From Octopus sinensis (Eukaryota): a stretch of 49,001 bases of DNA. Position numbers and translations under genes: made by a program. The DNA is taken from positions 1 to 49,001 of the forward strand of contig NW_021836865.1 of NCBI RefSeq assembly GCF_006345805.1. Direction: 5' to 3'. Numbering within the stretch: the first letter of the stretch is position 1; each line of letters begins with the position of its first letter. Shown in pieces: positions 1 to 10,744 of this stretch. Under the pieces are notes generated by a model. That model was not told the origin of the DNA and ran no database searches. It saw only the letters and a list, made by a program, of their open reading frames with translations.

Positions 1-54
1 TGCACGCGCACGTACTACCAACACGATACAGACGCATATGTACATACACACACA

Positions 55-118
<64 letters not shown>

Positions 119-223
119 AACAAACACACAGACACAGATACAATATCACACACATAAATACACAAATATATGTATGTACGTGTGTGAATATATATATAGG
201 CTGTTTATATACGTACGTACGTA

Positions 224-258
<35 letters not shown>

Positions 259-276
259 CACACACATATATATATA
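1..276. repeat. Compound (TA)n/(CA)n/(TACG)n microsatellite
   Basis: Direct reading of the sequence. Confidence 0.95.
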
Positions 277-437
277 GCCGAAATTGCGAAGATGATCCGG
301 TTCTTGACTGAGGATAAAAGGCTTCGAATGACCCCTTTTTTTATTGTATCGTCTATCTGGATGTTTTGTTGTCCTTTTTTGTATCACCTAGTTGTCCGGA
401 TGTTTTGCGTTCTTGTCCCATTTTGTATTTTATTTCA
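277..437. mobile_element. Short non-coding module embedded in (TA)n, homologous to the modules at 18511-19113
   Basis: Shares GCCGAAATT..GATGATCCGGTTCTTGACTGA..TTCGAATG..TTTATTGTATCGTC..CGTTCTTGTCC with 18666-18790. TA tracts lie on both sides. Confidence 0.75.
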
Positions 438-453
438 TATATATATATATATA

Positions 454-700
454 ATATTGTATAAAGGCATTATTACACATAAATGCCTCACACTAGAGGG
501 ACAAAGTCATTACTACCACTACCAAAAATTATACTAATCATACCCAATGCAGTTTTTCAAAGCAAGACATTTAAAAATGATTTTTAAATGTCTTGCTTTG
601 AAAAACTGCATTTGGGTATGATTAGTATAATTTTTGGTAGTAATGACTTTGTCCCTCCTAGTGTGAGGCATTATGTGTAATAATGCCCTTTATACAATAT
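454..700. repeat. Long near-perfect palindrome (125 + 121 bp arms, 1-nt spacer at 579)
   Basis: Arms 454-578 and 580-700 are reverse complements that differ only by small indels. Confidence 0.95.
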
Positions 701-829
701 AGATATAATTAATTTGTTCAAGAAAAAAATTATTTTCGGATTCTTTTTCTTTTATGAGTTTTCACGCTAGCTACCCGATAATTTCTTGTTAAGATCCCTT
801 ATTAAGAGATTATCCTTATTGTTAAACTT

Positions 830-846
830 ATATATATATATATGTA

Positions 847-920
<74 letters not shown>

Positions 921-1095
921 TATATAACGGCGGCTGCAGTGGTGGTTGTGCTAAGTGTTACGGAAGCGGTGGAAGCAGAAATGTCGGTTGGGATGGCAGT
1001 GATGTGTGTGTATGAATGTATGTAGTCATGCATGATCATGCATTTATGCGCGTACGTACGTACGTACGTATGTATGTATGTATGTATGTATGTAT
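830..1095. repeat. (TA)n and (TACG)/(TATG)n microsatellites
   Basis: Direct reading. Confidence 0.9.
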
Positions 1096-1317
1096 GTATG
1101 TATGTATGTATGTACGTAACACATATCTCACCAGTTTTCATTGATCCTACAGCTCTATGCTACAACATCAACAACATTTTGAACAGTAATTGATTTAATT
1201 GTGATTATATCGTTATCTCACGTGAAAAAATCTCGGTGAGTAGAAATAATATTGTGTTCAACAAGGTTGACATATGCTGGACCTTGATATTTGCTTTATT
1301 GATGTTAAGTGGAGATG

Positions 1318-2010
1318 ATGGTAGTAGTGATGGTGGGGGTTGGTGGTTGTGGGTGTGCTGTTGTTGTTACTGTTGTTGTTGTTTTTCGTGGTGGAGAGTT
1401 GTGGTGGTGGAAAGTTGTGGTGGTGGAGAGTTGTGGTGGTGGATAGTGGTGGTGGTGGATAGTTGTGGTGGAAAGTTGTGGTGGTGGTGGTGGTGGTGGT
1501 GGTGGTGGTGGTGGTGGATAGTGGTGGTGGTGGAGAGTTGTGGTGGTGGTGGTGGTGGTGGTAAGTTGTGGTGGTGGTGGAAAGTTGTGGTGGTGGTGGA
1601 GAGTTGTGGTGGTGGTGGTGGTGGTGGTGGTGGTGGTGGTAGATAGTGATGGTGGTGGTGGAGAGTTGTGGTGACGGTAGAGCTGGTGGTGGAGGTGACG
1701 TTGGTGGTGGTGGTGGTGGTGGTGGTGGTGGTGGTGGTGAGAGTGCTGATGGATATGATGATGGTGATGGGTGCAGCGGTTGCGGCGTGTTCGGCGGTCG
1801 CGGCGGCTGCGGCGGCTGCGAGTGGTGGTTGTGGTGTTACGGAAGCGGTGGAAACAGAAATGTCAATGGCGGTGGTAGTGATGTTGGCTTTGGTGGTTGC
1901 GTTGGTGGTTGTAGTGGGGTGACGGTGGAAGCGGAGGTTTTGGTACTGAGCGTGGTGATGGCAGCTGTGGTGCTGGTGGAGATGGTGATGGTGAAGATGG
2001 TGATGACACT
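1318..2010. repeat. Degenerate (GGT)n triplet tract
   Basis: Long GGT runs with recurrent GAGAGTTGT/GAAAGTTGT/GGATAGT interruptions. Confidence 0.9.
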
Positions 2011-2209
2011 GACCTAATAGACCTCATAGAAAGTTTCAACCGTGACCACCTAGTCAAAGGAATATTTAAGACTCCGTCATTTAATGTGTTCTTTCCTAAT
2101 ATTTAGACAGTAGGATGTGATTTGAGGGAGATTTGACTGCTATTTATAACGGACCTCATGACAACAAAGCAAGCCTTTCGTTGGATCGTAATACATTGTT
2201 TTGGCGATC

Positions 2210-2419
2210 TTTCGGTACAAGTACCATAACTGCCAATTATAAACCCCCGTGGGTTTATTAACATTTCTGATGAAAAAAGAAACCCTTCCCCCACCCCTAA
2301 CCCTAACCCAAAACCTAACCCTAATCCCACATATATAAAAAAAAAAACTTTACGGAAAGTGACGATCTTCTTCAAATGTAAACAAGCAGTAATTGGCAGT
2401 TATGGTACTTGTACCGAAA
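2210..2419. mobile_element. MITE-like element with perfect 30-bp terminal inverted repeats and an internal CTAACC array
   Basis: TTTCGGTACAAGTACCATAACTGCCAATTA at 2210-2239 and its exact reverse complement at 2390-2419. Confidence 0.75.
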
Positions 2420-2619
2420 AATTGCCCATTGTTTTTGTTGTAGTTGTTAAGTCAAGGTCAAAAATGTTCCAACCATGACCATTGCGTCTGATTGTGTATC
2501 TGGGACTACATCGACCAATGTGTCCTCTGTTTTCTGAGGATTTGAAGGCGATTTGGCTGCTATTTTTTGTAAGTCGAGTGGCTGTGTAGAAGCTCTCTTG
2601 TTGGTGGTGTTTGTATTAC

Positions 2620-2835
2620 TAGCGATGGTAAAGTCGACGAAATGGTAGAATCGTTAACAAGCCAGACAAAATGCTTAAGAGCATTTTCCCAATTTTACGT
2701 TCTCAGTTCAAATGCCGCCGAGGCATTTCATCCTTTGCCTTTCATTTTTTTTTTTTTTGGTGGGTGGGGTCGATAAACTAAGTAGCAGTTGAGCACTGGT
2801 AATTAACTTGCTCTCCCACCACCAAATTTCAGGCC
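2620..2835 (+). mobile_element. SINE family B, degraded
   Basis: Aligns by eye to the 48696-48931 copy (AAATGCTTA..TTACGTTCT.AGTTCAAAT..GCCGAGG..GGGGTCGATAAA). Confidence 0.7.
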
Positions 2836-3044
2836 CACCACTAATAATTTTTCCATTAGGAAGAATTTATCAATGGTAGTAGTAGCTTTTCTTTTCAGTC
2901 CAGGTCAGTCCAAATGTAAAAAGACCCATGACCAAAGACAGTCAAATCGTATCCATCCCTTTTTACACAGCCATTGTGTACCCAGGACAACATTATCAAA
3001 GATATATTTCAACGTTAAGGCGTGCGTGATTTGAGAGAGAGATT

Positions 3045-3500
3045 TGGTTACTATGTCCAATGCACTAAGAATTGTCAAGAGTCTACTTAGATGTAATATA
3101 GTTTACTGTACAATGTCCTTGACAAACACATTATCAAATGTCAACAGTCATCTTAGCTGTCAATAACAAACTTAACTGTCACCAATCTTCCTAACTGCAA
3201 GTAGGTGACATACTGTAGGATAATTTACTGCACTGTATCTATGACTAACACACTTCAGTATCCACGTTAGTATCACAGACTTGAATAGTTCACCGTACAT
3301 TGTCCATGACCAATACAGTTTACTGTCAACATTCGACTTAGCTTTAAATAGGTACTATAATGTAGTATAGATTACTGTGTAGTGTCCTTGACAAACACAT
3401 AATCAACTATCAACAGTCTACCTAGCTGTAAGTTGAAAGTTTATAGTACTATGTCCATAACCAACAAACTGCATGGTCAATAGCTTACTTTATTTTACGT
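3045..3500. repeat. Degenerate tandem repeat, about 6 units of 60-120 bp
   Basis: TGTCCTTGACAAACACAT at 3114 and 3383; variants TGTCCATGACCAA at 3301 and TGTCCATAACCAA at about 3452. Confidence 0.6.
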
Positions 3501-3849
3501 GCTTATATAGTTCCGAGTAGACATTGAAACCTTTTCGACTCTCATAGTGTTGTCCCAACGGAACGTAGTGGATTGACCACTGGAGAGAAAGAAAGTAAGG
3601 GAGGGAGAGGGGGGGAGAGAAAGTGGGAGACAGAGAGGGAGAAAATATTTACGCGCACAATATTTCTCTCAATGCAGAGAAAAACCCTGTCGAGTAACGT
3701 TAATCCAATCGATTTAGTTCTACTAAATATCCGAAATCTTGAAACCAGGAGGAAAAAAATCATGGGAACTTTAAAACGAAACAAAAAAAGAGTCCAAGTG
3801 AAGCAGCATCGCAAAACGAAGTCACCCACTGTCCAATATGCAATCACAA

Positions 3850-4495
3850 CGAGTCAGAAAGGCATCACTAACCAACACGTTTCTCTTTCCCAAATCAAAG
3901 CATTGGATTCACACTTCGCAATCTAACCACCACACACAGCTTACAAACCTAATACAGAAGAGCTGGCAGCTTCAACGGCAAAGTAAACAACTCACTTCTA
4001 CTTCCCCAACGACCCCTGGCATCAATAAGTCTTTTAACTCCATTACCACTCCACCTCTATCATCTCCCCAAACCCGCTTTCCACTCATATACAAAATACC
4101 TAAATCTCCTTAAGGAAACAACACAAAACGCTGGCTTGCAAACCAAACTACCTGTCAGATGGCCAAGCCTATTTAGTGAACAAAAATAACATTTATAAAA
4201 TTTGTAATTTTCCGAATGGAATCCTACAAGGATCTTTCCTTTCACCCACGCTTTTCAATCAATAGCTACACCATCAAGACTCATATCTCTCGAAACACAC
4301 GCGCACACACACACACACAGAGGCACACGCATACACACACACACCACACACACACAGAGGCACACATCTTCCCACATCTCTCTTTCTCACACGTACATAC
4401 ATACATACACACATACATACATACACACGCACACGCGCGCTCGGACACACGCACACACACAGACTTACACGCATGTAGATCACCACAGGTAAATC

Positions 4496-4551
<56 letters not shown>

Positions 4552-4740
4552 ATTCTCCAGACCGACCTACTCCAACCCGACATAAATCACTTAAAAACCT
4601 GGCTCCAAAACAACAGATACAAATTAACACCTACCAAATCAACTTGTTTTCTCTTCCCCACTCTCTCTCTCTCTCTCTCCCTCTCTCTCTCTCTCTTTAC
4701 CAACAAGACCAGAGGACATAAAAACAATCGCTTTTCACAC
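3850..4740 (+). pseudogene. Decayed non-LTR retrotransposon reverse transcriptase (I/Jockey group), interrupted by CA and CT microsatellites
   Basis: Frameshifted RT motifs TQLTNL..GINKSFNSI (DINKAFDS-like), MGILQGSFLSPTLFN (GVPQGSVLSP.LFN) and LQPDINHLKTWLQNNRYKLTPTKS. Confidence 0.8.
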
Positions 4741-4785
4741 TGAGTATTTAAACATACTACACACACACACACACTCACACACACA

Positions 4786-4854
<69 letters not shown>

Positions 4855-4924
4855 GACAAATTTACTAGGTGTTATACAAAATGCTTCCTCTACAATCACA
4901 GCACACACATGAAAATATTATAAC

Positions 4925-5130
4925 TTCTTTTTATCCTAGGTACAAAGCCTGAAATTTGGGGAGTTGGAGGTAGTCGATTACATTGACTCCAGTTCTTGAC
5001 TGGTACTTTTTTTATCGACCCCCAAATGAATAAAAAGCAAAAATCAACTTCGACGGCATTTGAACCCCTGAATTTTTTGCAGCCATGCATTTCGTTTGGT
5101 GCGGTAACGATTCTGCCAGCTCACCGCCCT
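4925..5130 (-). mobile_element. SINE family B variant
   Basis: GTCGATTACATTGACTCCAG..CTGGTACTT..ATCGACCCC..CTGCCAGCTCACCGCC is the reverse complement of family B. Confidence 0.75.
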
Positions 5131-5259
5131 GTGTGAAGGCAATGAATAATGGTTGTCGCTAGTAGCTCGAGAAAGAAGAGTCTGCAATTTCTTGCTGAAC
5201 GACCTGCACAAATGATTAATTTATAGTGATCAAATATTTGTGTTGTACATTATCAAATC

Positions 5260-5410
5260 AGCATTACTTGTACAGGTACCTCACGTCAGGTGTCGAAGTG
5301 ATTACAGAGCAATATGAGATGAAGTGCTTTGCTCAAGAACACATCACACCATTCGGTCAAGGAACTGAAATCACGATCTCACGATCACGAGTGCAACCAC
5401 TTGGCTATGA
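5260..5410 (-). mobile_element. SINE family D fragment
   Basis: GAGCAATATGAGATGAAGTGCTTTGCTCAAGAACAC is the reverse complement of the family D central domain seen at 35768 and 48145. Confidence 0.65.
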
Positions 5411-5439
5411 GCTCACACTTATGAAGACATAATGAAGAA

Positions 5440-5620
5440 AGCAAAACGTTGCACTTAACTTAGATCATTTACGGGTACATTTAATCAACAGGTAGAAATA
5501 CTGATTTCAAATGCTGACACTGCTCGATTGGTACGTATTTTATCGATCCCGAAAGGACGAAAAGTAGAGTCAAGCACAGTGAAATTTGAGCTCAGAACGA
5601 AATGCCACTAAGTATTTTGC
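5440..5620 (-). mobile_element. SINE family B fragment, degraded
   Basis: TTTATCGATCCCGAAAGGACGAAAAGTAGAGTC..GAAATTTGAGCTCAGAACG. Confidence 0.65.
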
Positions 5621-5859
5621 GAAAAAGAAGTGTCGACAGCATATCGATGAATACTTACAATATGGTTTTATCAAGAACTCTACAGGCCCAAAGCAGCCAT
5701 TTTGTCTTATGTGTCATTAATTTTTGTCTAATGAAGCCATGAAGCCCTCTCGGACTCTCTGACCACGAGAAGGAAACATCCCGAAAAAGTCGGTAAGTCT
5801 ATCATTGAAAACTGATTTTGGAAATCGGAGTACTGATAAATTATTATTTAAGAAACAGA

Positions 5860-6990
5860 CAAAAATTAATGAGGGTGGACTGATTGCTTCCTACAAAATT
5901 GCAGAAATTACTGCAATAACGTGAAGACAAGAAGAATATTGATGTGTAGGAAAAAGAAAGTAGGAAACATAACCGAATCCTGGGCCACACCGGAATTAAT
6001 AGTACCGGGCAGCACATGCCGCGTTTGTGCGATCTAAAAAACAAAAGCGACCGACACATAAGATGAAAGATTGATGGAGGCCATAGCTGTGCAGTTTCGA
6101 TGGATTTATTTGACAGATACAATAGAAAGCTTTGCTGATGTCGAGAACAACGATATAGCTTCCATCATACTTCTTTTATGGTGAGAAGTCACTGGTGAGT
6201 GATATAAGGAAGTAGGTAACAAGTGGATCTAACTTTACAGAAGGTATAGTGGAAGTCATAGTGGAGAAAGAAAGATTTGAGAGAACGTCATTATTAATGG
6301 CTGTCTCCGTTACTTTTCAGATACTGAAAATGAGTGCGATAAAATGATAATTGGCAGGACCAAATGAAATGCCCTTCTTGGAAAGAAAAACACTGCAGCG
6401 CGTTTCCAAAAACTAGGATAGATCCATATAGAGAGGTGGGTGGGTATGAAGAGTTTGGTGAGTATGAGGGTAAACTTTGGGACACAGTGCTTCTGGGTAA
6501 TAGAAGGGATATTGTCAGGGCTGGTGACTTTGCTGGTGTGAAGCGACGGGAAGTACGTTCACACTTGGCTCGTAAGTATGAAAGGTAGTGAGCTTAGTGG
6601 AGTGGAAGAGGATATATTTTGGATTATATTTAATAAGTGTGTGCAGTGTGGAGTTGGATGCAAAATGGAAAACGAACGTCGGGACTTTCTCTCCGCAGAG
6701 TTGCTACTCACTGAACCACCATCATTGAAAAGCAGAAGAAAAGAGGGCTGTACAAAGTCGGTGGAGATGCTTTTACTAAAGGACGAGTAGGATTTACTGT
6801 AGTTTTGGTGGTGGGAGAGTTTGGTGGCTGCAAAACACAAAGATATCCTCCGTGACTCGGATTGTGGTCATGCAACTGGTGCAGCGCTGCTCCAGGCGTT
6901 TCTCTTGTGCTTGAACAACTGCAACCTGGCTACGAGCGAACCACTCGGAGGACTTAAGGCATTGCGTTTATGCTGCATGTGGGATGTGGA
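5860..6990 (-). pseudogene. Decayed LINE reverse transcriptase (Jockey/CR1-type)
   Basis: Minus-strand motifs KVTSPDNIPS..LILTKLF, WKRAAV, NYHFIALIFSI, LDISKAF, KLHSYG and INSGVAQDSV, with stops and frameshifts. Confidence 0.8.
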
Positions 6991-7069
6991 AGAACACACC
7001 TTACAGGATGGTGTTTGTCAGTCTGTATTCTGTCTGTATGTGTATATGTGTATGTATATGTATGCACAT

Positions 7070-7480
7070 ACTCTTTTACTCTTTTACTTGTTTCAGTCAT
7101 TTGACTGTGGCCATGCTGGAGCACCGCCTATAGTCGAGCAAATCGACCCCAGGACTTATTCGTTGTAAGCCTAGTACTTATTCTATCGGTGTCTTTTGCC
7201 GAACCGCTAAGTTACGGGGACGTAAACACACCAGCATCGATTGTCAAGCGATGGTGGGGGAACAAACACAGACACACAAACATACACACACACACACACA
7301 TATACATATACATATATACGACGGGCTTCTATCAGTTTCCGTCTACCAAATCCACTCACAAGGCTTTGGTCGGCCCGAGGCTATCGTAGAAGACACTTTC
7401 CCAAGGTGCCACGCAGTGGGACTGAACCCGGAACCATGTGGTTGGTAAGCAAGATACTTACCACACAGTCACTCTGCGCG
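7070..7480 (-). mobile_element. tRNA-type SINE family A, full length
   Basis: Reverse complement of GCGCAGGAGTGGCTGTGTGGTAAG..GGTTCAGTCCCACTGCGTGGCACCTTGGG, with pol III A/B-box-like motifs and a (GTAAAAGA)n tail. Confidence 0.9.
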
Positions 7481-7619
7481 CACATAAAATTATTACTTAA
7501 AATACAGCAGAAATGCAACTTGTATAGCAAATGCCAATCATTTATGAATTAAATAATTTTTCTCTAATTGAACTGAAGAGCGCTAGTGATAGATGGAATC
7601 GCAGCAGAGATTTTCCTGT

Positions 7620-9570
7620 TTGGAAGTGACTGTATGGCGAAATTAATGCATAAAACAATTTGTGATGTATGGAAGATAGGAACAGTACCAAAAGCTTTGT
7701 GTCGATGGTGTTATAATTCTCATTTAAATGGGGAAATGAGCACGAGATAAATGTGGATATTCAAGAGGAATCGCACTCTTATGCTCTGCCAGCAAAATAC
7801 TTGTGAGGGTTCTTCTTGCACGATTAAACAATGAGATTTCACTGAATATTCTCCCAGAACCTCAATGTCGTTTTAGACTAAATAGGGGGACCACAGATAT
7901 GATCTTTTCTACACGTCAGGTGCAACAAAAATGTCGTGAACAAAATTTAGATTTAATGAAATTCTTTGTTAATTTAACAAAGGCCTTCAACACAATGAAT
8001 AGGTATGCAATATGGAAAGTTTTGCGCAAACTTGGCTGTAAACCTGGCTGTCCCATACATATCGTGAACATAAGGTCGTTTCATGATGATTTGGACATAC
8101 TTATTTACGCTGGAGTTCTAAAGTGGAAAATGGAGTGAAGCATGGAGATATTCTTGGATCGATGTTATTTTCTCTATGCTCTCTGTTGTGCTTGCAAATG
8201 CACTAAAAACTTCAAGGAAGGTATACATGTTCATTACAGAAGCAGCGACGGTAAATTATTTAAGTTAAGAAGGTTGTCAGCAAAAACAAATGCGTTTACC
8301 TTTCTAATAAGAGATTTATTACTCTTTTACTCTTTTACTTGTTTCAGTCATTTGACTGCGTCCATACTGGATCACCGCCTTTAGTCGAGTAAATCAACCC
8401 CAGGACTTAAACTCTGGAAGCCTAGTACTTATTATGTTGATCTCTTTTACCGAACCGCTAAGTTACAGGGACGCAAACACACCACCATCGGTTGTCAAGC
8501 GATGTTGGGGGACAAACATAGACACACAAACATATACACACGCATACATATACATATGTACATATATACGACGGGCTTCTTTCAGTTTCCGTCTACTAAA
8601 TCCACTCACAAGGCTTTGGTTGGCCCGAGGCTTTAGTAGAAGAGACTTGCCCAAGGTGCCACGCAGTGGGACTGAACCCGGAACCATGTGATTGGTAAGC
8701 AAGCTACTTACCACTCAGATTTATTATATACAGATGACTACGACCCATTCAATCAGTGATATGCAGCACCTAATACTTAAACTTTTTGAATCTTGCATGG
8801 CCTTTAAGCTAACAATAAGTTCACATTAAACTGTTGTTATGTTCAACCAACTTCTAACTTGTATTATGAACCTGAGATTGTTCTTCAAAACTCAAACCTG
8901 AATTTTTTAGATAAATTTACATATCTTGGAAGTATATTGAATCGTGCTTGCTCTTTAGTTGATGAAATAGCGAACGGTCTTCAAAAAGCATCCTAGGATT
9001 TCAAGAACCTTGACGGGCTAATTTGGTCTAGTAGAAATATTATCAAAAGCACAAAGTTTGCTTTCATCCCTCCTTTACTCATTTGAGACATGAGTAGTAT
9101 ATAAGAAGCATCACAGATTATTAGAGCACTTTCATCAGCGATGTTTGCGCGCCCAATGGTGCACAAATTATCAAATTCTGAAGTACTTGACCGTGCTGAT
9201 GTCAATAGCATTGAAATTGACGCAGACTTCGCTGGACTGGCCACCTGATAAGTGGATCTGATCAACGCATGCCCAAACAAGTGTTTTATGATCAGATAAA
9301 AGAAGCAAAAAGGTCTCAATGCAAACCAAAGATGCGTTTCAAACATTCAATAAGTAGCGAGCGAGCGAGTTTCAAAATGATGCAAACTGGGAAAGTGATG
9401 CAACGGATCGGCCAAAATAGAGGTGAAAAATCCGAGAGGGTGCAATCTTGTTTGAAGATAACAAGCAGAAACACGCCAAGAAAGGATTTGTTTGTAGCCA
9501 ATGAGCCTTCTCTCCTAACTTGAGATACCCAAACTGGACAAGTTCGTCATCATTTAGCACTTATTAAGGC
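7620..9570 (+). pseudogene. Decayed RTE-clade (BovB-like) LINE ORF, split by a SINE insertion
   Basis: RGIALL..KILVRVLLARL..ILPEPQCRFR.NRGTTDMIF..RQVQQKCREQN..FVNLTKAFNT, YTDD at about 8727, and MPKQVFY..KRSQCKPKMRFK. Confidence 0.9.
8322..8716 (-). mobile_element. SINE family A nested in the RTE, with a 10-bp target-site duplication
   Basis: AGATTTATTA at 8312-8321 and 8717-8726. Confidence 0.92.
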
Positions 9571-10009
9571 CTCCATCCACCACACACTGATTTTTTCACT
9601 GTTACGATCTGTCGAATTACCTGCCTTTCTTTCCGATAAGATCTGCAGAAGTAAATTAAATCTGGATTGTGATATTATGATATTTAATACGCCTAGGCGT
9701 GTTAAATATAACCATATCAGTATGCAGCAGTCTTCACAACGAAATCAAGCGTTTACATGTCGTTAGTAAGTCTCAAGCTGGACTAAAAACTCATTTCCGG
9801 CCACATAAAACACAGACTATTTCTAACCATATTGTAACTTTAAGCTGTAAATAATTAACTCCACATTACTGCGTATTTCTGTGTTGGTAGCTTTTAACTG
9901 TGTGGATGCCTATGTGCATGTACTCTGTCAGTACTGGTGTTGAGAAAAGTCATACTCGAGTAGTGAGTCTACAGCCATCATATATATATATATATATATG
10001 TATATATAT

Positions 10010-10140
10010 TCTTTTACATGTTTCAGTCATTTGACTGCGGCCATGCTAGAGCACCGTTTTAGTCGGACAAGTCGACCACAAGACTTATTCTTTGTAAAAG
10101 CCTAGTACTTATTCTATCGGTCTCACACCAACATCGGTGT
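10010..10140 (-). mobile_element. SINE family A 3' fragment
   Basis: TTTCAGTCATTTGACTGCGGCCATGCT..CCTAGTACTTATTCTATCGG. Confidence 0.85.
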
Positions 10141-10161
10141 TATTCTAAACAGCAATAGTGG

Positions 10162-10192
<31 letters not shown>

Positions 10193-10212
10193 TAATAATA
10201 ATAATAATAATA

Positions 10213-10520
10213 GGGATTCTTTGGGGTTTGAATAGTTCACCTCTGGAAACATGGGTGGTTCTTTCAACATCCTTAAACAACCCTTATTCAGGGACCGTTT
10301 GAGCGGGATGGGCTACTCAACCTGAAGAAAATTCTAAGTGGGCCCCACCTGCAAGGTCATGTGCTGTTTATCTTGATATGAGATCACCATGTCGCGGACA
10401 TATGGTTGTGATGCATGTGCCTGGTGTACCTTTTTCAGACGGGTAGTCATGATGGGTATATTGGGCTTCGTATATTTTACCCCAGTGTCACTTTGATGGC
10501 ATGAACTGCTCTCTCACTCA
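10213..10520 (+). mobile_element. 308-bp non-coding element inserted in (TAA)n
   Basis: Complex sequence bounded by TAA tracts (10157-10212 and 10521-10746), ending CTCTCTCACTCA + ATGATAATAA. Orientation is inferred from the tail. Confidence 0.6.
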
Positions 10521-10523
10521 ATG

Positions 10524-10557
<34 letters not shown>

Positions 10558-10583
10558 TAATAATAATAATAATAATAATAATA

Positions 10584-10614
<31 letters not shown>

Positions 10615-10631
10615 AATAATAATAATAATAA

Positions 10632-10672
<41 letters not shown>

Positions 10673-10744
10673 TTAATAATGATGATAATAATAATAAAAT
10701 AATAATAATAATATAATAATAAAATAATAATAATAATAATAATA

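Larger units (their letters stand above)
2060..3060 (+). repeat. Three degraded copies (about 2060-2150, 2445-2605, 2895-3060) of a dispersed repeat that also occurs at about 31315-31470
   Basis: Shared motif CATT/ATCCAATGTGT..GTGATTTGAGGGAGATTTGGCTGCTATTT. Confidence 0.6.

Noticed and set aside
1236-2017. Gly/Val/Trp-rich ORFs suggesting a glycine-rich structural protein
   Set aside because: All three frames are open because of (GGT)n. There are no ordered GGY or His modules and no supported gene structure.
3827-3870. HCPICNH zinc-finger-like peptide
   Set aside because: It is an alternative frame within the decayed RT region, followed at once by a stop.
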